Assembly (NCBI GenBank): GCA_016840165.1
Contig: JAEOSU010000076.1
Span: forward strand, 98,664-162,663
Reading direction: 5' to 3'
Source: Promethearchaeota archaeon
GTDB lineage: Archaea; Asgardarchaeota; Lokiarchaeia; Sigyniarchaeales; SOKP01
DNA length: 64,000 nt
Part shown: positions 1-8,558 of the stretch, in pieces
Layout of the letters: every line of letters begins with the position of its first letter
Numbering within the stretch: position 1 is the first letter of the stretch
Translations under genes and position numbers: made by a program
Notes under the pieces: model-generated
The model's input: the letters and a program-made list of their open reading frames with translations, nothing else
What the model was told of the DNA's origin: nothing
The model's database searches: none

Positions 1-361
1 GAATAAATAATGAAAAAATAAACTCATGAAGTTTTGGTATTTCTTCATATGAATCATCTGAATCAGCATAATCATCAATTAGAGGCATTGCTTCGAAATA
101 ATCATTTAAAAAAGCACTAGAAATTCCTTTATGTGGTTTTCTATTCAAAGGAATCTTCTTCTTTAAAATTAAATTATCGGGTTCTTTTTTAGATTCTATG
201 ATTGTATAGAGAGTAACACTAGGTAAAACAGCAACACTACTTATAATTAGGATTGAATTTAGAAGGATATGATCTATATTAAAGAAAATAAAGAGAAGAT
301 AGATTAAAATAAAGAATATATAGAGAATGATTGTACCAAATAATAGATGCTTTAGTTTCAT
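1..361 (-). CDS. Hypothetical membrane protein, runs off the window edge (MKLKHLLFGTIILYIFF...)
   Basis: Manual translation from ATG at 361: open to base 1, with two hydrophobic N-terminal segments then a polar domain. Absent from the ORF track because it has no stop in the window. Confidence 0.6.
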   Translation of the reverse strand, partial: MKLKHLLFGTIILYIFFILIYLLFIFFNIDHILLNSILIISSVAVLPSVTLYTIIESKKEPDNLILKKKIPLNRKPHKGISSAFLNDYFEAMPLIDDYADSDDSYEEIPKLHEFIFSLFI

Positions 362-446
362 GATTTTATTTTTAATACCTACTTCTAAATTTTAAATATA
401 AATCTCTTAATATAAATTCCATTGGAATAAATTTGCAATTTCTCTT

Positions 447-1122
447 TTATTCCTCATTGATTAATTTTCTAACCTCAAAATATTTGTCTTCATTTAAGCA
501 AAATAATACTATTCTATTTTGTCTTCTAATGGTTATCAGTTGTAATTTTTGTAAAATCTTAAAATACTTTTTTATAGAATTATAATTTCTTTTTAGCCCA
601 TTTGCAATTTCGGTGATTTTAAATTCTTTTAAAGAATTTTTCTGTATGAAACTTATTATTTCTTTGACGATACTTTGTTTTAAATAGAAATGTAATTCAT
701 CAAACTCAGGATTTAAATCAAATTTGAAAAATACTCGTTGATTTTCAAATTTTTTAGATCTTACAAATTGAAATTTCTCTAAACAAGATAAATGCCATAA
801 TACTTGATTACTTCCAATGTTTATTGCTTTCATAATCTCATTAATATTTGATGGTGTTTGTTTAATTAAATTAAAGATTTCATTTCTTACTGGATGTTCT
901 ATGATGTTATTCTTCATCAATTTAGTCCCAGGAATAAGGATTTTTTTTTTTAATAAGCTTCTTTATGATTTTTTCGATGCTATTTTTATTTATATTTGGG
1001 TTTAACTTTACCCTATTACTAATGAATAAGACGATATCTTCAATTGAAAAGAATGGTTTCTTTTTTAGATATTCTTTAATTAAGTCAAAAACAATATCTT
1101 CGGCATAATTGGGGGATTTCAT
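447..1122 (-). pseudogene. Winged-helix (ArsR-like double HTH) protein split by a one-base frameshift in an A11 run
   Basis: ORFs 922-1122 and 447-920 fuse into ...LIKKKILIPGTKLMKNNIIEHPVRNEIF... if one T is removed from the T11 run at 941-951. Two HTH-like segments in the C-terminal part. Confidence 0.7.
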
Positions 1123-1379
1123 TAGTGTATACTTCTAATATGTTAGATGAAATGAATTTATTAATGATTTCTTTTATCTAAAATGTTATCTTTCAGTTCA
1201 TATTAATTACTAACCATTTATTCAATTTATAAGTATATTTTCTTAGATTAATAATGGTATTTATGTCTTTATTCAAGAATTTTCAAAATCATTCCAATTG
1301 GTTTTATAATATCATTTTAGCATGTTCTTAGTAAGTTTAAAAATAAACTTTCAAAAAATAAAAAAAAGAAGTGAAAAAA

Positions 1380-1715
1380 ATGAGTTTTGATAATGATTTT
1401 GATGAGGAATTGGAACCATTAAAGTCTAAAACGCCTACAAGTAAAACACCTTCAGCAGGAAAGAAACTGACTCTATATTTTATGTCAACTATCGGTCCTG
1501 GTGAAAAGAAAGAAAAGTTAACCGTAAATGATGCTAATCAAGTCAGTGATATTAAAGAAACCTTAGGAAATTTATACGGTCTTGACCCTGATGAATTTCA
1601 TTTATCATCTGGTGGAGTTACAATGGATGAAAGTAATCAATTAAAAGATTATAACGTAAATGATGGAGACGACATTCTTTTAATTCCTGCGAGTACGGCG
1701 GGTAGACTTATATAA
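1380..1715 (+). CDS. Ubiquitin-like (beta-grasp) modifier with N-terminal tail and C-terminal ...IPASTAG-RLI
   Basis: Ub-like pattern (VSDIKETL...L...G..M...QLKDYNVNDGDDILLI); first gene before E1/E2/JAB; ATG 5 nt after AGTGA. Confidence 0.85.
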   Translation: MSFDNDFDEELEPLKSKTPTSKTPSAGKKLTLYFMSTIGPGEKKEKLTVNDANQVSDIKETLGNLYGLDPDEFHLSSGGVTMDESNQLKDYNVNDGDDILLIPASTAGRLI

Positions 1716-1737
1716 TTTTCTATATAATTTATAATAA

Positions 1738-1769
1738 GAAGGCTTTAGTCCTTCATTTATTTTTTTTTT
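1738..1769 (+). terminator. Hairpin plus T-tract between Ubl and E1 genes
   Basis: GAAGG-CTTTAGT-CCTTC stem-loop followed by ATTTA and a T10 run. Confidence 0.45.
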
Positions 1770-1791
1770 ATTAATAATTAAGGTGATAGGA

Positions 1792-3015
1792 TTGGAGAAA
1801 AATTCAGATTTTTTTGGTAAAGAACTGTCAGTGGAGGAACGAGACTTATATGACCGCCAATTTCGCCTTGAAGGTTGGTCACAAAAGGTAGTAAAAAATT
1901 CGAGAGTCCTAATAGCAGGTGTAGGAGGTTTAGGTTGTGAAACTGCTAAAAATTTAGCTATGTTAGGTGTGGGTCATATCGATCTTGTTGATTTAGATAT
2001 AATTGAACATTCTAATTTAAACCGACAAATACTTTTTACTGGTGCTCAAATAGGAGAATCCAAAGCGATTGTAGCTGCTAGAAAATTGAGGGAAGTAAAT
2101 CCAAATATAACTATAAAAGGGTATTCTACCTCTTTAGAACGATTAAATCCTGAAATTTATCAAGCCGTTGATATTGTGGTTGGTGGTCTTGATTCGATGA
2201 TTGCTCGTTTAAACTTAAATGCGCAGTGTATAAGATTTAGAAAACCTTTAGTTGATGGGGGCGTATCTGGTTATCATGGGCATATCTATACCGTGTTTCC
2301 TTATAAAAATGCCTGCTATGAGTGTAACCCATTACCTATTGGCGAAAGTGATGAAATGGCAGCTTGTACTGTAGTTGGAATTCCCCGGAAAAGAATTCAC
2401 TGTGTTTTTAAAGGGGATATGGCTTTTAGAGAAAAATTTGATAGAGATCCAAATCCAAAAGATATGAATGATATAAAATATATTCAAAAAGCGGCAAATG
2501 AATTAGTAAATAAACATAATTTCTTACCCGAATACACTGAAGATGATATTGTAAAAATTATTGATAGACATGATCCAGGATTAATTACAGTTAATGCCGT
2601 TATTTCTGCTTTACAGTCTCATGAGACTATAAAGATTATTCATTGGAAAAAAGGGCATAAAGGATTAGGAGCGCCCATACAGGATTATGTTATCTTTAAT
2701 GGTATTACCATGAAATTATATCATATTGAAAAAAAAAGAAACCCAGAATGTTCTCAATGTGGAAGAAATGCTCGACGTGTTATTATAAAAATGAAAGCAC
2801 AGTCACCTTGCATGAATATTATAAAAATTTTAAATCATCATGGGTATAACTTAGAGGAAAATTTTGAACCCATTATTACACTATTGGATTTCAATGATAT
2901 ACAAGTTATTGATTTAGAAAAGAATGCTAGAGAAAATGATTTACGTAATTTAGAATTTTTAATTGTAGCTGGGTTTGTTGGTGGAGAAATTTATGTAACA
3001 CTAAAATTAAAATGA
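1792..3015 (+). CDS. E1 ubiquitin-like activating enzyme (ThiF/UBA family)
   Basis: YDRQ, GVGGLG, SNLNRQ, CYEC/CSQC zinc pairs, catalytic-Cys motif ACTVVGIPRKRIHC; TTG start 5 nt after GGTGA. Confidence 0.92.
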   Translation: MEKNSDFFGKELSVEERDLYDRQFRLEGWSQKVVKNSRVLIAGVGGLGCETAKNLAMLGVGHIDLVDLDIIEHSNLNRQILFTGAQIGESKAIVAARKLREVNPNITIKGYSTSLERLNPEIYQAVDIVVGGLDSMIARLNLNAQCIRFRKPLVDGGVSGYHGHIYTVFPYKNACYECNPLPIGESDEMAACTVVGIPRKRIHCVFKGDMAFREKFDRDPNPKDMNDIKYIQKAANELVNKHNFLPEYTEDDIVKIIDRHDPGLITVNAVISALQSHETIKIIHWKKGHKGLGAPIQDYVIFNGITMKLYHIEKKRNPECSQCGRNARRVIIKMKAQSPCMNIIKILNHHGYNLEENFEPIITLLDFNDIQVIDLEKNARENDLRNLEFLIVAGFVGGEIYVTLKLK

Positions 3016-3101
3016 ATTTATGATCAAAATAAATATTTATAATAATTGTCTTATCAAAAACTATAAGAATTGAAAATTAAAAAAAAAGGGGTTGAAAAAA
3101 A

Positions 3102-3629
3102 TTGAGTTTAAGAAGTAGTCGTATTTCTCGAGATTTTGCGGGTTTAAAAAAGATGCTTAAGAATGGAACCATGGTTCAATTAAAACCATTTAATCCAAAA
3201 AAAAAAAGTATTGATCATTTAGCTATTACTATCAGAGGTCCCAAAGGAACAGCTTATGCAGGGGGTCTTTTTAAATTAGAAATGAAATTCCCTGCTCAAT
3301 ATCCTAAGCAGCCTCCATTTGTGAGACTCCATACACCAATTTGGCATCCAAATTTTTGGCCTAAACCAAGTGAATATAAAGGACAAAGAAATATCTGTTT
3401 AGCATTAGTTGATCCTTCTTTAGTTGGTAAAAAAGGAGGTTGGAGTCCTTCGAAAACAGCAGTCACTATAGTGCAAGCAATAATTGCTATGTTAAATACA
3501 CGCGGAAAATATGTTAATCCAACAGATGTATTTAATAAAAAAGCAGCAATCGAAATGATAAAGGATCAAAAATTCTTCGAGAAAAAAGTTAAAAACCTAG
3601 TAAAGAAGTATGCAAAAGAAAAGTGGTGA
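3102..3629 (+). CDS. E2 ubiquitin-conjugating enzyme (UBC fold)
   Basis: GPKGTAYAGGLFKL, FPAQYPKQPP, HPN...ICL (catalytic Cys), WSP motifs. Confidence 0.93.
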   Translation: MSLRSSRISRDFAGLKKMLKNGTMVQLKPFNPKKKSIDHLAITIRGPKGTAYAGGLFKLEMKFPAQYPKQPPFVRLHTPIWHPNFWPKPSEYKGQRNICLALVDPSLVGKKGGWSPSKTAVTIVQAIIAMLNTRGKYVNPTDVFNKKAAIEMIKDQKFFEKKVKNLVKKYAKEKW

Positions 3630-3636
3630 AAATAAT

Positions 3637-4443
3637 ATGAAAAATGATGAAATTCCTGATGATCCAATTAGAGAAGCCATTAAACAAAAAATAAAAAACA
3701 AAATCAAAAAAGAATTACTTAAAGAAATATATTCGGAATTACAATTAGAAGAAGAAATTACAAACGAGATAACCACTGAAATAATTAGTGATCCTTTATT
3801 AGAGCATTCCGAGATCAATAAAGCTAATCTTGAACCGATTCCTTCAGAGATCGTAGAAACTTCTGCTAGTAATGGTAAATTTAAAGCACCTATAGCTATA
3901 AATGTAAAATCCATTCTAAAAATTGCCAGTCACGCATTAAAATATGCTCATTCAAAAATCCCAAGAGAAGAATGGGTTGAGGTTATTGGCTTACTTGCTG
4001 GAACATTTGATAAAATTCATAACGTTTTATATATTGAAGATGTTTATCCAATGGGACATGGTAATGCTGTGTATGCGGAAATTAAAGATTATAAAAATTA
4101 TGTAAGAGCTTTTAAAGATATCAAAAAAAGTAGATTGTTTATATGTGGCTGGTATCACTCTCATCCATCCTATGGATGCTTTATGTCTAGAGAAGATTTA
4201 GGTACCCAATCGCGGTATCAAACATTATGGGATAAAGCAATAGCACTTGTAATTGATCCTTATCAGATAAATGGAAAATCATTGGGTTTTGAAATTTATC
4301 GTGCGAATTTTAAAAAACGAGAGTGGTTTTCTGTACCTTTTGAGATTAATGGAAATTTAGATGTGGGAATGTTACCTGAAATTTTGGATTTTATGAACCC
4401 AATTATAGAGGGGAAGGCTGCTTATTTAGAATATGATGAATAA
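3637..4443 (+). CDS. MPN+/JAMM metalloprotease (Rpn11/CSN5-like)
   Basis: EVIGLL...GWYHSHPSYGCFMSRED...IDP, a complete JAMM motif; ATG 7 nt after GGTGA; ~85 aa N-terminal extension. Confidence 0.92.
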   Translation: MKNDEIPDDPIREAIKQKIKNKIKKELLKEIYSELQLEEEITNEITTEIISDPLLEHSEINKANLEPIPSEIVETSASNGKFKAPIAINVKSILKIASHALKYAHSKIPREEWVEVIGLLAGTFDKIHNVLYIEDVYPMGHGNAVYAEIKDYKNYVRAFKDIKKSRLFICGWYHSHPSYGCFMSREDLGTQSRYQTLWDKAIALVIDPYQINGKSLGFEIYRANFKKREWFSVPFEINGNLDVGMLPEILDFMNPIIEGKAAYLEYDE

Positions 4444-4463
4444 AATCAAAGGTTGATTAATCT

Positions 4464-5603
4464 ATGGTAAAAAAGAAAAATTTGATAATCCTTCTTTTTG
4501 TCTTAATTGGTTTTGTCCATGGGTTGATCTCAATTTCATTAAATATTTTTCTAACTTGGGTATTTATCGGTTTGTGGATATTTTTCATAATAAAAATTTT
4601 CGAAAACATAAAACAACATCGCGAATTTAATTCACCTTATAATACGGCATTTTTTGTTATTCTTCCTTTATTTATTGGGATCTTTTATTCTATGTGGGGC
4701 TACTATACGAATTTATTTGGTGAAAATCTCTTTATGAACTCCAATATCTATTTTAGTTTATGGAGCTTAATTTTTGGATTTCCATTTGTTTTATATGGAT
4801 CTTATTCATTATATCGTTGCTTTAAAAAGTATAATGTGATCTATTTTGGGAGAAGAGCTGTAAAGGCTAAAGTGGTTGGATATCTACTATCATTCTCAAT
4901 AATTTTTGGTATTATTCTTTATTGGATAATTTTTTACTCTATTATTGAGTTTTTTAATTATTTATTAATTCCTTTACATTTCTCTTTAGATTTAAATCTT
5001 TTAATCATTTTTATATTGACTATTCTAATTCTTATTTTATTTGGATTTTTAAATCCTCAAAGACGATTATCTCCTTTAACTCGAGAATATATAGCACAGC
5101 GTACTCGAAGAATTAATGCTCTCACAAGACCTAGTATTCAAAATCAGAGAGTAAAGACAACTAACCGATCAACTTCTCCCTCAACTAGAACAGTGACCCG
5201 ATCAACTACTACTTCCTATAGATCCTCAAGGATCACTCCAAAATCTAAAAGCCATGCGAGGAGAACAACAAGAACCACTGAAACTAAAAAGACAAAAACT
5301 AATCTAAAAATTCGAAATATAAATGCTTATAAGCCAAAAGCGGCATTTCTGACAGAAGAAGATTTCAAATGCATTTTCTGTTTTAATTTGCCAAAATTTC
5401 CCGAAGATAAAGGTAGAGGGATCATTTTATGCCCTAATTGTAGATATCCTTCCCACGCAGATGAGTTTAAAGACTGGTTAAAAACTTCAAATTTATGTTC
5501 ACGTTGTAGCGCACCCATTCCCTCTAGCTTTAGAAGAAATCCAAGAATTATTAGTATAAAAAATTATATTTCTATCTATAAACAAATTTTAAAAAAAACA
5601 TAA
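4464..5603 (+). CDS. Polytopic membrane protein with C-terminal variant RING finger (candidate E3 ligase)
   Basis: About 6 hydrophobic helices, an S/T/R-rich linker, then C-x2-C-x16-C-x2-C-x4-H-x2-E-x3-W-x6-C-x2-C; last gene of the Ubl-E1-E2-JAB run. Confidence 0.75.
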   Translation: MVKKKNLIILLFVLIGFVHGLISISLNIFLTWVFIGLWIFFIIKIFENIKQHREFNSPYNTAFFVILPLFIGIFYSMWGYYTNLFGENLFMNSNIYFSLWSLIFGFPFVLYGSYSLYRCFKKYNVIYFGRRAVKAKVVGYLLSFSIIFGIILYWIIFYSIIEFFNYLLIPLHFSLDLNLLIIFILTILILILFGFLNPQRRLSPLTREYIAQRTRRINALTRPSIQNQRVKTTNRSTSPSTRTVTRSTTTSYRSSRITPKSKSHARRTTRTTETKKTKTNLKIRNINAYKPKAAFLTEEDFKCIFCFNLPKFPEDKGRGIILCPNCRYPSHADEFKDWLKTSNLCSRCSAPIPSSFRRNPRIISIKNYISIYKQILKKT

Positions 5604-5635
5604 TTAGATTGCATAATTCAAGTATTATCAAAGAA

Positions 5636-6595
5636 TTATTTATTTGTTCCAATAATTCTTCTTAATTCTCCAACCGTAGTTTTTAATTCTGAATATACAT
5701 TATGGGGATGGATGGATTCATAACTTTCAATAGTGAATTTAATTTTAGACTGATCCTCCAAATTTGGAAAATCACTCAGGATGAATCTTTTTGCCATTTG
5801 TCTGACTACATCCTCAGAAAAAAGTGGATTTAGATGAGCTGTTCGAACTAGCCTTGCCTCTTCTGGTCTTTTTAGAACTGACTGCATTTTTCCCGACATT
5901 GAACCTTCTATGATATCAATTATATCTAAAACATCAATTTTATGATTGTTTAAATCTTTAATCTGCACAATAATAGTTCCTTTTGATCGCTGATTATGAG
6001 AACTAAAAGGTAAGATATTGAGGAGTTTCTTAATATCTTCTTCCCGCAGATTGATATCTCTTCTATTTTTAATAATTTCTTCAGCATACTCTTGGCTCAT
6101 TTCTTTTGCACAAGGGCAAACCGTCATACCAACGGCACTTGCCCCAATATAGTAGTTAAAATCAATCTCTCCTGATTCATCCTTACGGGCTTTTACAAAA
6201 GAACTTATATCATATGACTTTTGGATATTTCTTTGTTGTTCATCTTTAGTTTGAACGACTATTTTGCCTTCAAGTTTTACATAGACTTTTCTGGTATAAG
6301 GATGCTTTTTGAGAAGTTCTCGTGCAATTCTATCTCCTACCACTTCTACAGATGGTGTTGGTTTGAAAATTACCTCATTTATGATCTCTTCGATAGTTTC
6401 AGAGGTGCGAGACATATGAATCCCTCGTTGTTTGGCAGGAAGAGATATCAGTGCAGAGATCTTAGGATAAAAGGAGTAGCGCTTATTTTCTTGAATGATC
6501 TCGACTTTTTTTTCGACACCAACAATCCCAACTTTATCGATAGGAATATCGATTTTTGAGCCAGAATTCTGTAAATCTTTTTTAAAGTGGCTAAT
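5636..6595 (-). CDS. mptA: GTP cyclohydrolase MptA (FolE2 family); start extended to ATT at 6595
   Basis: GIHMSR, TVCPC, HNQR, ESIHPHN motifs. The frame is open 60 codons upstream of the track's ATG and includes KKDLQN...DKVGI. Confidence 0.88.
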   Translation of the reverse strand: MSHFKKDLQNSGSKIDIPIDKVGIVGVEKKVEIIQENKRYSFYPKISALISLPAKQRGIHMSRTSETIEEIINEVIFKPTPSVEVVGDRIARELLKKHPYTRKVYVKLEGKIVVQTKDEQQRNIQKSYDISSFVKARKDESGEIDFNYYIGASAVGMTVCPCAKEMSQEYAEEIIKNRRDINLREEDIKKLLNILPFSSHNQRSKGTIIVQIKDLNNHKIDVLDIIDIIEGSMSGKMQSVLKRPEEARLVRTAHLNPLFSEDVVRQMAKRFILSDFPNLEDQSKIKFTIESYESIHPHNVYSELKTTVGELRRIIGTNK

Positions 6596-6733
6596 TAAGT
6601 ATCACTAACTTAAAATTATTTATCTATCTAATAAAAGTAGATATCTAATATAAAAAATATTAATGACCAAGTTTGTTCTACTAAAATTTATAATTTAATT
6701 TATATCATTACTATGCTTATCTAATTTAAAAAA

Positions 6734-7903
6734 ATGCCTGAAAAATATCTCTATTGTAAATTTGGGTTAATAGGAGAGAATTTAGAATTAAAACAAAATA
6801 TAAATTTGTCATTTGACAAAGAAGGAAAAATAACTGAGTTAAAATTTGATGAGATCGAAGCAGACATTAATTTTGATAGAACACGAGAAAATTATGTTAT
6901 GATTCCAGGATTGATAAATTCTCATATTCATATTGGAGATAGCTTTGCTAAAGAGAGAGGTCATAATAAAAGATTAATTGAAGTTGTAAGTCCTCCCAAT
7001 GGCATTAAGCATCTATTGTTGCGGGAAACTTCCGACACCAAAAAAATTAAAGGAATTAAATATGCTATACATGAGATGATATCGAATGGAATAACCTATT
7101 TTATAGACTTTAGAGAAAATGGAATTAAGGGGATTGAACTTTTACAAAGAGCACTAAAAGATGAGAGTATTAAATGTTTGATATTCGGCCGTTTTGATCA
7201 AATAGATGATCTACAGGAAGTATTTTACAAATCAGATGGAATTGGATTATCAAGTTATCATCACCTAACCGATGATGTAAAGTTAGAGCTTAGAAGAATG
7301 AAATCCCGTCTGTTTAAAAAGATAGCTTGTCATGTTGCTGAACTCAATCATGAACCTCTCCTTTTAAATGAAATATTAGAGGATGCTTTAGTCGATATAA
7401 TTGTACACGGAACACAATTAAAAATTCCCGATCTAAGAAAAATTCAAGAAAAAAAAATTAAAGTTGTGCTATGTCCGAGGAGTAATGGATATTTTGGACT
7501 CGGATATCCTCCAATTAAAGAGATGTTGGAGTTAAGTATTCCTTTTTCATTAGGAACTGATAATGTTATGGTTAATAATTTAAACTTATTTGAGGAAATG
7601 CGTTATTTATATTATACTGCAAGAAATCAAATAAACGAAGAGGATTTGGGCTATTTTAATGCTAAAAATATTTTTAAAATGGTTACTATTAATGCAGCTA
7701 AAAACTTCGACATTGAATCAGAAGTAGGGTCAATATCCTTAGGTAAAGCAGCTGATTTAGTTATGATTGATTTAAATAATCCAAATTTTTACGTTAATAA
7801 ATTAGATAAAGCTGAGTTCTTTTCATTACTTCTTCATAGGACTAATGTAAGGAATATCAACCAAGTATATATTGGAGGAAAGCTAATTTATGAAAGCGAC
7901 TGA
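6734..7903 (+). CDS. Amidohydrolase-superfamily metalloenzyme (deaminase-like)
   Basis: PGLINSHIH, HVAE, VHGT, CPRSN, LGTDN, GSI..GKAADLV motifs. Confidence 0.85.
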   Translation: MPEKYLYCKFGLIGENLELKQNINLSFDKEGKITELKFDEIEADINFDRTRENYVMIPGLINSHIHIGDSFAKERGHNKRLIEVVSPPNGIKHLLLRETSDTKKIKGIKYAIHEMISNGITYFIDFRENGIKGIELLQRALKDESIKCLIFGRFDQIDDLQEVFYKSDGIGLSSYHHLTDDVKLELRRMKSRLFKKIACHVAELNHEPLLLNEILEDALVDIIVHGTQLKIPDLRKIQEKKIKVVLCPRSNGYFGLGYPPIKEMLELSIPFSLGTDNVMVNNLNLFEEMRYLYYTARNQINEEDLGYFNAKNIFKMVTINAAKNFDIESEVGSISLGKAADLVMIDLNNPNFYVNKLDKAEFFSLLLHRTNVRNINQVYIGGKLIYESD

Positions 7904-8558
7904 TAAACCATATATCATTTTAAGTGCCGCTATGACCATCGATGGTAAAATAGCTTCTAAAGAAGGAGACACTGACATATCAGATGATAAAGATTGGAGG
8001 GAAGTCCATAAACTCAGAACTAAAGTAGATGCAATAATGGTTGGGAAAAATACAATATTGGCTGATAATCCAAAACTCCATATTAAATTTTATTCCCATT
8101 CTGGTTATTATCGTATCGTAGTAGATAGTAATTTAGTAACGCCAATAGACTCTAATGTTATTACATATCAACTAGACTTATATCCTACTATTATTTGTAC
8201 TACTGAAAATGTACCTATTGATAAAATTAGGGAATATGAAGCAAAAAATGTTAAAATTATTACTTCTGGTCGAAAGGAGCACGTTGATATAAATGCTTTA
8301 TTACTAAAATTACATCAAATGGGTATTAAGTCAATTCTATTAGAGGGGGGAGGAAATTTAAATTGGAGTTTTATAAAAGAAAACTTAGTGGATGAAATTC
8401 GATTGACAATCGCTCCTTGGATTATTGGAGGGCAAAATGCGATTAGTTTGGTTGAGGGAGATGGCTTCTCGCAAATGAAGAATGCACCTCGGTATCATCT
8501 ATCTAAAGTTAAAACAAGAAATAATTATGTAAAATTGAAATTTTTGAAATTGACATGA
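7890..8558 (+). CDS. arfC: 2,5-diamino-6-ribosylamino-4(3H)-pyrimidinone 5'-phosphate reductase (archaeal Rib7/RibD-C)
   Basis: AAMTIDGKIA, DAIMVGKNT..DNP, LLEGGG, VDEI...IAP motifs; no deaminase domain. Confidence 0.9.
   Translation: MKATDKPYIILSAAMTIDGKIASKEGDTDISDDKDWREVHKLRTKVDAIMVGKNTILADNPKLHIKFYSHSGYYRIVVDSNLVTPIDSNVITYQLDLYPTIICTTENVPIDKIREYEAKNVKIITSGRKEHVDINALLLKLHQMGIKSILLEGGGNLNWSFIKENLVDEIRLTIAPWIIGGQNAISLVEGDGFSQMKNAPRYHLSKVKTRNNYVKLKFLKLT

Noticed and set aside
1380-3015. Reading the Ubl and E1 as a SAMP/MoaD-ThiS sulfur-carrier pair
   Set aside because: The adjacent E2 with an intact catalytic Cys, the RING-like gene and the UBA2/3-type Cys domain argue for conjugation; there is no terminal GG and no Moco or thiamine gene alongside.
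6221-6559. 112-aa plus-strand ORF, and the many other short antisense ORFs in the track (e.g. 3597-3914, 37761-38210, 56307-56882, 58943-59185)
   Set aside because: They lie antisense to well-supported genes and carry no motifs; treated as shadow ORFs.
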